Assembly (NCBI RefSeq): GCF_032444005.1
Contig: NC_091282.1
Coordinates: 749,580,001-749,644,000, forward strand
Direction: 5' to 3'
DNA length: 64,000 bases
Source of the DNA: Ranitomeya imitator
Lineage: Eukaryota
Positions 36,070 through 49,010 of the stretch are shown piece after piece; positions within the stretch are counted from its first letter, which is position 1; each line of letters starts with the position of its first letter. Position numbers and translations under genes: made by a program. The notes below the pieces were generated by a model that worked only from the letters and a program-made list of their open reading frames with translations, was not told the origin of the DNA and did no database searches.

Positions 36070-36737
36070 CAGCTACGAACACACAGATAAGAATTTACAG
36101 CATTCCTCAACACAAAAGAAGAAAAACAACAACGCAGCTATCTGACTCCCCCCTCCCATTGGGTGTCTCGGAAAACCACACAGAGTGACGAAATACAGCA
36201 GTTCTCAGACTCAATTAATTTCTACAAAACCTTCACACAATTCCTATGCCAGAACACCTTAGAAAAACCAATGATTGAGATATTTTATAACCAAACACGG
36301 GCTCTGCATCCTTTCATCTTTCCTCTCCATCAACCTTTTTTCCATCCCTCATTCTTTATCCTCGCGCAACTCGCAGATGAGCTTGCACTTGTTCTAACAG
36401 TCCTTTATCTTTCAACATTCTTGACTGCCTTCTTGCCCTCCCGTGACTCTTCTATTGTCTTGACTTCCACAGCATCCTCATCTAACTCGTGGGGCACGGA
36501 CTTCTTCTGCCATAAGAGACGCAACATGACTCACAGAATACTACGCCCTTCTGCAGTAGGCCGCTGACAGCGACAGCAACACTTGTGTCCTAACACGGAG
36601 CCTCGCGCTCCACGTGTTATGAATAAAGAGCCTCACGCTCAATATTTTTCCCTAACCTGAACACCAGTGATTACAGTCTGTCCTGTCACGATATTCTAAA
36701 CGTTGGGAGGCTGTCTCCTAGTGAGACCCCTCCACTG

Positions 36738-37090
36738 TGTTTCTGGTGGTCCCCCTCTTGGGACGTCTTAATTACCGATATGTGCAAGTGTGTGCAAGTG
36801 TTTCTGGTGGTCCCCCTCTTGGGACGTCTTAATTACCGATATGTGCAAGTGTGTGTGCACGTGTTTCTGGTGGTCCCCCTCTTGGGACGTCTTAATTACC
36901 GATATGTGCAAGTGTGTGCAAGTGTTTCTGGTGGTCCCCCTCTTGGGACGTCTTAATTACCGATATGTGCAAGTGTGTGCAAGTGTTTCTGGTGGTCCCC
37001 CTCTTGGGACGTCTTAATTACCGATATGTGCAAGTGTGTGTGCACGTGTTTCTGGTGGTCCCCCTCTTGGGACGTCTTAATTACCGATGT
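36738..37090. repeat. Six tandem 60-63-bp units in the ERV leader
   Basis: GTGTTTCTGGTGGTCCCCCTCTTGGGACGTCTTAATTACCGAT starts at about 36738, 36798, 36861, 36922, 36983 and 37046. Confidence 0.95.
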
Positions 37091-37524
37091 ATGTGCGTGC
37101 AATATCACAGAGGCTACGTCTCCTATCCCTTCCTCAAAGCCGCCCCCAATCCACAAACTTCTCAATCTTTCACTCTATCACTACTAGGCAACAGTCACGG
37201 GTAGGGTGGTTGAATGGAGTTCAATGACCAGTGGAGGAGGTGTGGTGTACACGAGGACGCGCAGAGTGCAACGTCTCTCAGTTGCTGGTTCGAAGCGTGG
37301 CACGGGATCGCGCTCGGTCTCACCACTCGACCGGTCACTCCCCAGACCCAAGGAGACCACAGACTAACCAATAACGGCTGAAACACTAGCAAGTGTGACA
37401 CATACATAGTATGCGATCTCCACTTACCGTGTTTGGAGGGTGATCAGTCCTCGAGGTCAGCCACTACGGGTGTCGTCCACGGACGTCCAGGCATGGGTCC
37501 AGGGGGTCTCGGATCGCGGGCCAC

Positions 37525-37544
37525 GCCCCACGTTGGTTGCGCCA
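37525..37544 (-). promoter_or_regulatory. ERV PBS, tRNA-Lys(CUU)-like with a 2-nt insertion
   Basis: TGGCGCAACCAACGTGGGGC versus canonical Lys1,2 PBS TGGCGCCCAACGTGGGGC. Confidence 0.8.
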
Positions 37545-40406
37545 AATTGTCGGGGTCGTCACGACAATACCCTTCATCCACCAGTCATTCCAAATCAGAT
37601 TAGGAGCATGTTGGTACCGGATAAGAATGAGTCAGACACAATGCTGGTTCAAACTCATAGCATGCTCGTGTGTCCACACGTAGTGGGAACGTCACAGCAA
37701 CTACTGAACTTTATTTCCTAAAACACAATATTACATGATCTATTGGGGGAAGGTTTGCAGAGGGCGGGGATAGGCAGGGGTTAAGCAATGTATCTAGTAT
37801 TCAGTCCTTCTGATTGGCTCTGGCATCTTCTGATGAATCTTCCTTTGTCTACATCTTGTCCAGTTTCGAATTCCAGAGAAATGTTACTTGTCCTTCTGGA
37901 ATGTGCAACTTGTTCCTTCAGCCTGAAAGTGGGGCAAAGGTGAATACTGGCAGCCATCTTAAATACAGTTAAATTTGCATTTGGCAAGCAAAGGGGAAAA
38001 ACTTATTGTTTCACAGCATAAGAGTATATAAAAGTACAAAAGAGTATAAAGACGTATATTTTTACCTTGACAACATCACCACATTTTGAAAGCTATAATG
38101 TTTCCATATTTTGGCCCATAGAGTCATATCAGGTCTAGTTTTTGGTGGGACAAGTTGACGTTTTTATTGGTACCCTTTTCGGGCACATGACATTTTTTGA
38201 TCGCTTTATATTCTGATTTCTGGGAGGGAGAATGACCAAAACCAGCAATTCCTGAATCTCTTTTAGGCGGGGCATTTATACCGATCTGCGTATAGTAAAA
38301 TTGATAAAGCAGTTTTATTCTTCGGGTCAGTACCTCAGCGATACCTCATTTATATCATTTTTTTATGTTTTGGCGCTTTTACACAATAAAAACTATTTTA
38401 TAGAAAAAATAATTATTTTTGCATCGCTTTACTCTGAGAGCTACAACTTTTTTATTTTTCTGCTCATGGAGCTGTGTTGTGGCTTGTTTTTTGCAGAACA
38501 AGATGACGTTTTCAGCGGTACCATTTTTATTTACATCCATCTTTTTGATCACATTTTATTGCACTTTTGTTCGGCGGTATGCATTGTTTTTTGCCTCGTT
38601 TTTTATTTATTTTTTATGGTGTTCACTCAAGGGGTTAACTAGTGGGACAGTTTTATAGAGCGAGGCAACAATACCAAATATGTGTACTTTTATTATTTTA
38701 TTTTTTATTTACATAAATAAATGGATTTATTGGAAAAATATTTATATATTTTTTCTTTATGTGGGGATTTAAAAAAAAATATTTTTACACATTCTAATTT
38801 TTTTTAAACTTTTTAACATTGTCCCAGGTTGGGAAATCACTATATTACATCAGATCGCTGATCTGACACTTTGCACAGCACTGTGTCAGATCAGCGATCT
38901 GACAGGCAGTGAAGGAGGCTTGCCGCCTCCTGTTCTCAGTAGGTGCTCTCAAGCCACCTCACTGCAGGACCCGGAAGGACCCCGCGTCCATCTTGGATAG
39001 GGGGGTCTCCATGGAGACCATGAAAATAGCGTGATCACATCGCGTTATTCTGACGGAAGTGCGCAGGGAGCCCTCGTCCCTGCGCAATGCCCCTCTATAG
39101 TGCTGTTACTACTGACAACGGCATCAGAGGGGTTAAATGCCCACGATCGGTGCTAGCTCGCGGCGCCGTACTAGTACTGCTGCTGGCACAAATGCAGTTC
39201 CAACAGAGCAGTATTAGTACGGCGCATGTCGCAAAGAATTCTCTTTAGCTGGATAAACCTTTTTATTATATTTTACATTATCATTTTATTTTTTTTTCTA
39301 TTCAATATTTAGATTTTTACAAAAGCATTTGGAAAATCTCAATAAATATGAGTATTACATGAAGCATTACTCACACAGTCCTATGGTATCTGCTTGACAC
39401 ATTAACTTCATCTAGTCAGCGTAAATTTTATGATCTATTTTAACAATTCTAGTTTATGGTAATGAATCTGAACCATGAAATGGTGCAGAAGCGAATGTAG
39501 GATTGTCACATAGGAGCCAATCTTTTCAAGACCGACACGTGTTCTCTAGCTGAACCATTAGAGGGAATTACATCTGCAAACAAATTCTCCGCCGTGAACA
39601 ATGAGCAAGATTCAGCCTTCCATCGAAGAATAAAATGTACTGGTGTGGACATAGCAGCACAGGACTTATTTAAATGTTAATGAGAGAGGCTTTCCGAATG
39701 ATGGGACTACTAATGAAACAGTCCCAAAGAAACCCCATATTCTCTGCTCAACACTTTTATGGTGCCACTCTATAAACACAGGGACATATGCAGGGCTAAC
39801 AATCTGACTCTGCTTATTTGGTAATAGACTTGAGGTGGCCGGTTTCCATTAGAATGAGAGTTTATTGTAGCGGCAAGAAACTAACATTGCATTTATTGCA
39901 AATATTGTACAATAAGGATAGCGTAAATAATTGAAAAGAGTAGGAAAATATTTTTGACATGTAAAGCGCATTATGGGAGTTGGAATTGACGGTATCCAAA
40001 ATGCTTTGTGTGCAACGTATCTCCCTTAATGCAGTGTAGGTACATTAATAATCTACATCTCCATCTGGTTATGTTATAGCGACATATACTTCTCTGCTGA
40101 CAATGTAATAGCGGTGTAACTAAATCTGATAGCAAGGCATCCTAATAGGGCGTACCGTCAAGAGGACATGGTGCGTTGAATGGTCAACATTTAGAAATGA
40201 TCATTTATTTTTAGGGCATCATTGATTCCATGGTGTTGTACATGAGAAGAGGGGGTTACGTACAAAATACAAATATAAATTACAGTAAGCAAATTAACAA
40301 TGACAGACTGGTACAGTGAAGAAAGGGCCCTGTTCTTGTGGGCTTACAGTCTACAGGGTGATGGGGAAGGTAGGTTGGGGGTTGCGGCAGTTCCGGTAGT
40401 GGTGAT

Positions 40407-42900
40407 TAGAGATGGGCCGACCCTGGATGTTCGGGTCTGGTGGGTTCGGCTGAACAGTTAAAAAAAGTTTGTGTTCGGTTACCAGAACAGTACCCGGACC
40501 TGTATCCTATTCACTTGAATGGGTGGCCCGAACATCAAGCGTTTTCCATGCTGATGACAGCGTGAGCACGCATCTGTGATCGAAGGTATAAAGTTTAGCT
40601 TCGGTCACTGGTGTCGGCTGCTAGAACTGCTTCCATCAGCTGACGCTAATAACAGTGAGAGTAGGCGGCAACTGATGGGAGTATTCATCTGCCTGCGCTC
40701 TAAATAGATAATGAAAAAAAATGCTGTGGGTTCCTCTGTATTTTTGATAACCAGCCAGGCAAAACTCACAGCTGGGGTCTGAAACCCTCTGCTGTTTGCT
40801 TATTCAAAGCTGATTATCAAGAAAAGAGGGATCCCCATGCTGCGCTGTTTTTTAATTATTTAAATAAATAATTTAAAAAAATGGCATGGGGTCTCCCCCT
40901 TTTTGACAGCCAGCCAAACTAAAGCAGACAGCTGGGAGCTTGTATACTCAGGCTGGTAAGGGGCCATAGATATTGCCCCCCAGCCTAATAATAGCAGCCA
41001 ACAGACACCCAGAAAAGGCACATCAATTAGATGCGACAATTCTGGCGCTTTGCCAGACCCTTCCCACTTGCCCTGTAGCGGTGGCAAGTGGAGTTCATAT
41101 TTGTTGGGTTGATGACACCTTTGTATTGTTAAATGACATCAATCCCACGGAGTAGTAATGGATAGGCATCTATAAGACAGCTATCATTACTAATCCTATA
41201 GTTGTATGGTAAATAAAGACACAGCCAGAATAAAGTATTTTATTTGAAATAAAACAGAACGCACTTTTCCATTTTTATTTAAAAATAACAAACAAATTAA
41301 AGGTACCTTCACACTGAGCGACTTTAGAACGATAACGATAGCGATCCGTGACGTTGCAGCGTCCTGGATAGCGATATCGTTGTGTTTGACACGCAGCAGC
41401 GATCATGATCCTGCTGTGAGATCGCTGGTCGGAGCTAGAAGGCCAGAACTTTATTTCGTCGCTGGATCACCCGCTGACATCGCTGAATCGGCGTGTGTGA
41501 CGCCGATTCAGCGATGTTTTCACTTGTAACCAGGGTAAACATTGGGTTACTAAGCGCAGGGCCGCGCTTAGTAACCCGATATTTACCCTGGTTACCATTG
41601 TAAATGTAAAAAAACCAAAACACTACATACTTACATTCCGGTGTCTGTCGCGTCCCTCGGCGTCAGCTTCCCTGCACTGTGTCAGCGCCGGCCGGCCGTA
41701 AAGCAGACCACAGCGGTGACGTCACCGCTCTGCTTTACGGCCGGCGCTTACACATTGCAGGGAAGCTGAAGGCGGGGGACGCGACAGACACCGGAATGTA
41801 AGTATGTAGTGTTTTTTTTTTTTTTTTACATTTACAATGGTAACCAGGGTAAACATCGGTTTACTAAGCGCGGCCCTGCGCTTAATAACCCGATGTTTAC
41901 CCTGGTTACCAGGGGACTTCGGCATCGTTGGTCGCTGGAGAGCTGTCTGTGTGACAGCTCTCCAGCGACCACACAACGACGAAACAGCGACGCTGCAGCG
42001 ATCGGCATCGTTGTCTATATCGCTGCAGCGTCGCTTAATGTGACGGTACCTTTATACTCCATTAACGCCCATTCCATTGAATCCCTCGTCTCCTGTAATA
42101 AAACAAAAATAAAAAACAACAATATCCTCACCTGTCCATCGTTGTGTCACTTGCCCTAATCTATGTCCGGGAGATAAAGTATTTTCAACCTGGGCGGTGC
42201 CAAGATGCAACCATCAAGGCTGAGATCCACTGGGAGAATGAGCTGCTGCGAGCGCAGCACCAGTGACCAGTGGTGATCTCATCAAGGTTACCGCATATCA
42301 CTGAGGCTGCGTTCCCAGTCGAGCTGAACTGCTGTGACCTCCCTCTGGTAAGTTCACCACTAGCACAGTGACAAAAAATCCCACAGTGCAGAGGTAAGTT
42401 CACCGCAGTTTAAATTCACTCGCTGTTTTTAGCGGTAGCAGGCATCATCTGATGGGAGCAGTAGTCCCATCAGCCAACACCAGTGACCAGAGGTTAACTT
42501 TATACCTCCGATCACAGCTGTGGGCTCATGCTGACTTTTGACAGGGTGGGAACCGCGGCTGTCTGGCCGGCAGTAATGATTTTACTGCTGATCAGAAGCA
42601 GTGTTTGCCACGCTGTCATGTTAATGAATGCGCGACAAACTCTCGGTGTTCAGGGGGCCGAACCCGAATAGTAACATGGACAGTAGGTGTTCGGTATGAA
42701 TGCCAAACTGTTCTGTACTGTGTTCAGAGATGCGGTATCCACCCCATGTTTGGAGAGTTATACCGTGTTTTTGGACACATCCCTGCTCATATTGATATGC
42801 CAATAACTGGCCCCTGACCACCAGTACATCTGGCATATCCAATAAATTGATTCCAGCGTTCACCTATGGGTCAAAATTGCATACCTATTCCTTACCTCTA
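40407..42900. mobile_element. hAT-like non-autonomous element with a nested MITE
   Basis: TAGAGATG start and degenerate ...CCTCTA end. Subterminal GTTCGG/CCGAAC repeats at both ends. No clear 8-bp TSD. Confidence 0.55.
41302..42050. mobile_element. Harbinger-like MITE (GGTACC TIR family)
   Basis: GGTACCTTCACAC...GTGACGGTACC. Two internal GTAACCAGGGTAAACAT palindromes. Confidence 0.85.
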
Positions 42901-43256
42901 ATAGTACACTGATGAAGGTCTTCCAAGACCGAAAAGTTTGTTGTGACTACTGTATGTATATCACAATACATTAAAATTATTTTAATCACATCCACTTGAG
43001 TGTGCCAAGCATATATAATCCCAGCTGTAGGCCCCGGATCCTCAATGTAATGGTTACCGTTTAAGATGGTGACCGCCTGCACGCCACTCAATCTGGGGTC
43101 CCTTCTTGCCTCAGCAACTTCACCCCCACGGCTATCTATCTGCCTTCTTTTACTACTGCATCACAAACCAGGAAGTAGCTCCACTATATCCCAAAGTTCT
43201 GTATTACACCCATCCGTAACTACTCTCAGCCTGGAAAACCCTTTATAATAACTAAA

Positions 43257-44007
43257 GGTACCTTCACACATAACGATTTAGTTAACGATATCATTGCTTT
43301 TTGTGACGTAGCAACGATATCGTTAACAAAATCGTTATGCGTGACAGCGACCAATGATCAGGCCCCTGCTGGGAGATCGTTGGTCGCTGGGGAATGATCA
43401 GGACCTTTTTTTTTGGCCGCTGATCACCCGCTGTCATCGCTGAATCGGCGTGTGTGACGCCGATCCAGCGATGTGTTCACTGGTAACCAGGGTAAACATC
43501 GGGTTACTAAGTGCAGGGCCGCGCTTAGTAACCCGATGTTTACCCTGGTTACCATTGTAAAAGTTAAAAAAAACAAACAGTATATACTTACATTCCGGTG
43601 TCTGTCCCCCGGCGTCAGCTTCCCGCACTGACTGTGTCAGCGCCGGCTGGCCGTAAAGCAGAGCACAGCGGTGACGTCACCGCTGTGCTCTGCTTTACAG
43701 CCGGCCGGCGCTGACACAGTGCAGGGAAGCTGACGGTGCGGGACAGACACCGGAATGTAAGTATGTACTGTTTGTTTTTTTTAACTTTTACAATGGTAAC
43801 CAGGGTAAACATCGGGTTACTAAGCGCGGCCCTGCGCTTAGTAACCCGATGTTTACCCTGGTTACCCGGGGACTTCGGCATCGTTGGTCGCTGGAGAGCT
43901 GTCTGTGTGACAGCTCTCCAGCGACCACACAACGACCTAAACAGCGACGCTGCAGCGATCGGCATCATTGTCTATATCACTGCAGCGTCGCTAAATGTGA
44001 CGGTACC
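43257..44007. mobile_element. Harbinger-like MITE (GGTACC TIR family)
   Basis: Second near-complete copy with the same termini and internal palindromes. Confidence 0.85.
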
Positions 44008-44239
44008 TTTAGCCTATTCTCACACTCTCATTCCATATTTCAAATGTGCCCTACTAATCTATTGCTAAGATTGTCTAGCCTTTTTATTCTAAAGCTATGC
44101 ATAACACATGTACATAGAAATAACAAACGATTATACTAATATTCATAAACTCTATGGGACTGCTCGTCCTTTAATATAAACATGGTTCAAAGAGGAGGAG
44201 GCATATGACGGCTTCTGGCACCCCCTTATAGGAGGCAGA

Positions 44240-44510
44240 AGGAGGTGTTAAAAGGTGGGATGTGCAGTTTGGAAGACAGGGCAGAGTCAAGGATCACTCT
44301 GAGGCAGTGGACTTTAGGTACAGGGGAAATCGTGATGTAATTTATTGTGATAGCTCCATCAGGTAGGTAGGCGGGTTAGGTGAGATGGAAGAAAGTTGAG
44401 TTCAGTTTTGTCCATTGAGCTTTAGGAAGCGCGATGAGAAAGAAAAGGATATGGCTCATAGACACTCTTGGAGTCTGACATCAGAGAGGTGATGTCTGAT
44501 GAAATATCAG
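44240..44510 (-). pseudogene. L2-type LINE reverse-transcriptase fragment
   Basis: Decayed minus-strand translation ...ITISPVPKVHCLRVILDSALS... resembles L2 SPxPxARxLGVILDSxLSF. Confidence 0.6.
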
Positions 44511-45035
44511 GGCTCTGCAATTATTTATTATGTGTTCCAAGTGTTTCTGGATCCTTAGGCATCAGAGTCTCAGGGGACTACTGGTTTACACTACCCCCAG
44601 ATTGAAAAGTGCATGTATATCCAGATTGTCATCCCTTGTGCCCACACTGTGTCCGGGTGCTCACACCAGCCCTGTCTGTCCTCACTAATCTGGAACCTAT
44701 GCCTAAATGGCTTGTGCCATAAACAGTATATATTACCTGTTCACAAGATAGGTGATAAATGTACGAACACGGGGGGTGGGCCTCTGGGCCCCCAGTGATC
44801 ATAGAAATGGTTGTCCTTAATTCTCGTGGAAGAAAGGAACAGTAGTGAGCATGTATGAACATTGCGTCATTCACAATTTACAGAGGGAATGGTGGTGGAG
44901 TGGTCGTACATGCTCACTACCCTTCCATTCACACAGGAGACTTTGAACCCTCTTTTGTTGGGTTTGATAAGGGTTGCAGTGGTCAAATAAAAAGGGATCA
45001 TACATTCATCACACATCCTGCCTTCAGGTAATATA

Positions 45036-46655
45036 CAGTGGGTACGGAAAGTATTCAGACCCCTTTAAATTTTTCACTCTTTGTTTCATTGCAGCCATTT
45101 GGTATATTCAAAAAAGGTCATTTTTTCTCACTAGTGTTCTGTTCACTCTCCACCCCATCTTCACCGGAAAAAAAACAGAAATGTACAATTTTTTTTGCAA
45201 ATTTATTAACAAACAAAAATTTAAATAACACATGGCCATAAGTATTCAGACCCTTTGCTCAGTATTGAGTAGAAGCAAACTTTTGAGCTAGTACAGCCAT
45301 GAGTCTTCTTGGAAATGATGGAACAAGTTTTCACACATGGATTTGGGGATCCTCTGCCATTCTTCCTTGCAGATTCCTCTCCAGTTCCTTCAGGCTGGAT
45401 GGTGAACATTGGTGGACAGCCATTTTCAGGTCTCTCCAGAGATGCTCAATTGGGTTTAGGTCAGGGCTCTGGCTGGGCCTGTCAAGAATGGTCACAGAGT
45501 TGTTCTGAAGCCACTCCTTTGTTATTTTAGCTGAGTGCTTGGGGTCATTGTCTTGTTGGAAGGTGAACCTTTGACCAAGTCTGAGGTCCAGAGCACTCTG
45601 GAAGAGGTTTTCATCCAAGATATCTCTGTACTTAGCCGCATTCATGTTTCCTTCAATGGCAACCTGTCATCCTGTCCCTGCAGCTGAAAAATACCCCCAT
45701 AGCATGATGCTGCCACCACCATGCTTCACTGTTGGGATTGTATTGGGCAGGTGATAGCAGTGCCTGGTTTGCTCCACACATACCGCTTAGAATTAGCACC
45801 AGAAAGGTCTATCTTCGTCTCATTAGACCAGAGAATCTTATTTCTCATAGTCTGGGAGTCCTTCATGTGTTTTTTTAGCAAACTATATGCGGACTTTCAT
45901 ACATCTTGCACTGAGGAAAGGTTTTCGTCAGGCCGCTCTGCCATAAAGGCCCGACTGGTGGAGGGCTACAGTGATAGTTGACTTTGTGGAACTTTCTCCC
46001 ATCTCCCTACTGCATCTCTGGAGCTCAGCCACAGTGATCTTGGGGTTCTTCTTTACCTCCCTCACCAATGCTCTTCTCCTACTATTGCTCAGTTTGGCTG
46101 GACGGCCAGGTCTAGGAAGACTACTGGTGGTCCCAAACTTCTTCCATTTAAGGATTATGGAGGCCACTGTGCTCTTTGGAACCTTGAGTACTGCAGAAAT
46201 TCTGTTGTAACCTTGGCCAGATCTGGGTCTTGCCACAATTCTGTCTCTGAGCTCCTTGGCCAGTTCCTTTTTGACCTCATGATTCTCATTTGGTCTGGCA
46301 TGCACTGTGAGCTGTGAGGTCTTATATGGACAGGTGTGTGCCTTTCCAAATCAAGTCCTATCAGTTTAGTTAAACACAGTTGGACTCCAATGAAGAAGTA
46401 GAACCATCTCAAGGAGGATCACAAGGAAATAGAAAGCATGTTACTTAAATATGAGTGTCTGAGCAAAGGGTCTGAATACTTATGACCATTTGATATTTCA
46501 TTTTTTCTTTTTAATAAATTTGCAAAAATTTACTGTTTTTTCAGTCAAGAGTATACATTAATGAGAAAAAATTACATTTTTGAATTTATCAAATGGCTGC
46601 AATGAAACAAAGAGTGAAAAATTTAAAGGGGTCTGAATACTTTCTGTACCCACTG
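45036..46655 (-). mobile_element. Full-length Tc1 (DD34E, IR/DR type), inactive
   Basis: TA|CAGTGGGTACGGAAAGTATTCAGACCCC ... GGGGTCTGAATACTTTCTGTACCCACTG|TA. About 210-bp TIRs with inner direct repeats. 1620 bp. Confidence 0.95.
45300..46290 (-). pseudogene. Tc1 transposase pseudogene
   Basis: HTH with GRP motif. QQDNDPKH...SPDLNPIEHLW (D34E). Premature stop after GLYGRAA, first catalytic Asp mutated (WSNETK), and frameshifts. Confidence 0.92.
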
Positions 46656-48494
46656 TATGCTAATGGGAAAAAGATTGTGAGCTGTAGTTCCTGTGAAAAC
46701 CAGAGATCTTGGACCCATGAATGCGAATGGTTTCTCCTGTGCCTGCTCTGTAGATATTCCAAATATTGAGAATTGACACGGTACCACCCCTCAATGTGTC
46801 TGGGATGCAGATACTGACAGCTTGGCTGTCCAATCTGGTATAGGGGTGTGCTAAAGCCGTCAGTACTGGAATTGACAGTTTGGCCATCCAATCTTGTACA
46901 GGGGCGTGCTGAGCTGTCAGTGTGTTGATTGACAGCTCAACTATCCAATCTGAGACTGTGAGGCATCGGCTGTCTCATGTGTTCATTACTCCACTTAATG
47001 GCCTTGCTTCTTAACTGAGCCGAGTTTCCCAGAACACTGCCAGACGTACATTCATTTTGTGAGGTTTGTGCTGCGCTCTCTGAGCCTTGAGTTCTATATG
47101 TTTGATCTGTTGCCTGACCTTGGACTTTGTTCTGACTACCCGCCTGTTTAACTCCTTCATCTCTGATCCGTTATCCTCCTGCTACTCTGACCTCGGAACG
47201 TTACCCGACTACTGCGCTTTTGTCTCTTTCTTGCGTTTATGACGTACCCTCCTGGCTTCTGACCTTGGACTCCTTGACCACTCTGACTCATTGCTTGACC
47301 GTGAGAAGTGACTAGGGTCACAGATCTTGAACTTCTTGGAAGGGTAGAAACATAAAATAAAATACACTGTTATGTATAAATGCATAATGCTGCACAGTTC
47401 TAAATAATTTCCCATTTATTACAAGCCTACGCCAGGCGCCAACGCTATCAGTGTCTTCGATAGTTTAGTTGTATTTAGAGAACAGTCCATGAATTGTCTT
47501 ACGTTATTAACAGATTAAATCCATCAGTGCACTACTTCCCATTCACCGGCAGATTATCCCAGCTACGGCCGGCGTGTATTTATATGTTATTGTGAAGCCG
47601 AACAATGAAGGCACAGAACAATATAGCAAATCAGGCTTACACAACATGTGGCTTTTAATATGCTGCTACAGTACATCCCAGCCAGCTCCTCGGCCTAAAC
47701 TGGTTGACAAACTGCTTTAGGCTGCTGGAATCACACATGCAGCCTGAAGTGAATTTAGAAAGCGTGAAAATATAAAGAAAAAACTTCTACTTATTTTTCC
47801 TATTGGATCCACCTTGACTTTGCCCCAAAAGTTGCAGTGGTATTTTTCCAGTCTACAAGAGTAATCCAGTTAGATGTGAGATGCCTGCCCAAACCCTTAT
47901 AGCACCAATATGGAAGCATTGCTAGTAACCTCCATTCTAAACAAGGGAGCAATAAAATTGACAGACCTTCTCTTGCACTTATTTATAATGCTACCCCATT
48001 CTTCAGGTCAACAATAGTTAATAGAGCTCACAATCTCCACCAGAGAAATCTTTTATGGCCTGTGATATTTGGTATAATGTCAATTGCACCATCTGTCAAG
48101 ATTATAGAGGCACTAGTTATTCTCTAAGGCCCCTAAATACATGTTAGATGGCTGTCTGCCAAACAATGCATTGGCCGATTGTTCAGCTGATCGCCATGTC
48201 AGCCGACTTTCCCATAGACAGGAGTGCTTGTTCTTGCGAGCCTTCCTGTTTTCTCTATGAGAAAGCCGCCGACGCCGACACCCCCATACACATTAGTCGG
48301 CCGAACCTATTGATATTGACAGGTTCAGCCCACATTAGTCCAATGTGAATAGGAAATTTTCACATGTGCAACATTCATAGTTTGAGTACGGTCCTGGGAC
48401 CCTGAATTGGCAGCTAACCTTGTGACACAAACTCAACAGAATATTAAGGCATGATAGTCACATATGATCCTGTTGAATTCAGGTTAGGAGACAG

Positions 48495-49010
48495 TTATAG
48501 GATGTTTCGCCCCCAGCAGTTTGCCCCCCGCAGTTCGCCCCCAACAGTTCGCCTCAAGCAGTTCGCCCCTGGGTACATTTCGCCCCCGCACATTTCGTCC
48601 CCAGCATTTGGCCCCCAGGATGTTTAGCCCCCACACATTTCGCCCCCAACAGTTCGCTCCTGGGTACATTTCGCCCCCCGCACATTTCGTCCCCAGCATT
48701 TGGCCCCCGCACATTTCACCCCCGCACATTTCACCCCCAGCAGTTCACCCATTTCACCCCCGGATGTTTTGCCCGGCAGTTTGCCCCCGGATGTTTTGCA
48801 CCCGGCAGTTCGCCCCCGACAGTTCACCCCCGAATGTTTGTACCCTTGTGGTTCATGAATTCCCAACCATCATCAATGTTTCGCCCCCAGCAGTTCACCC
48901 CCGGATGTTTTGCCCCAAATGTTTCTCCTACAGTATTTTGTCCCTGGATGTGTCGCCATCTGATGTTTCGCGCCTAACATTTCGACCCCAGATGTTTCAC
49001 CCTCAACTTT
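48495..49010 (+). repeat. Array of 13-17-bp CAGTTCGCCCCC / GATGTTTCGCCC-like units
   Basis: Dozens of imperfect units. A related array in inverted orientation lies at 57880-58155. Confidence 0.85.

Larger units (their letters stand above)
30910..38072 (-). mobile_element. Endogenous retrovirus, epsilon-like class I, internally deleted
   Basis: 525-bp LTRs at 30910-31434 and 37548-38072 (3 differences seen). ACAT TSD at 30906-30909 and 38073-38076. PBS, PPT and gag/pol/env remnants. Confidence 0.95.
29614..39235. mobile_element. Second TTAA-target (piggyBac-like) non-autonomous element, opposite orientation to the first, interrupted by the ERV
   Basis: TTAA|CCCC at 29610-29617. Its start is reverse-complement-like to the end of the 8169-16420 element. 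Host sequence rejoins across the ERV (TTTT-ACAT-CACCAC). Right end degenerate. Confidence 0.65.

Noticed and set aside
36738-37090. CRISPR-like array (constant repeat with short linkers)
   Set aside because: Linkers are near-identical TG-rich variants, not unique spacers. No cas genes. Eukaryotic retroviral leader context.
39400-40250. Unique AT-rich stretch (and 47400-48100) as conserved regulatory DNA
   Set aside because: No sequence-internal evidence. It would need cross-species alignment or chromatin data.
40399-42908. 8-bp hAT TSDs around 40407-42900 (and around 56168-57348)
   Set aside because: The flanking 8-mers do not match, so the hAT assignment rests on termini only.
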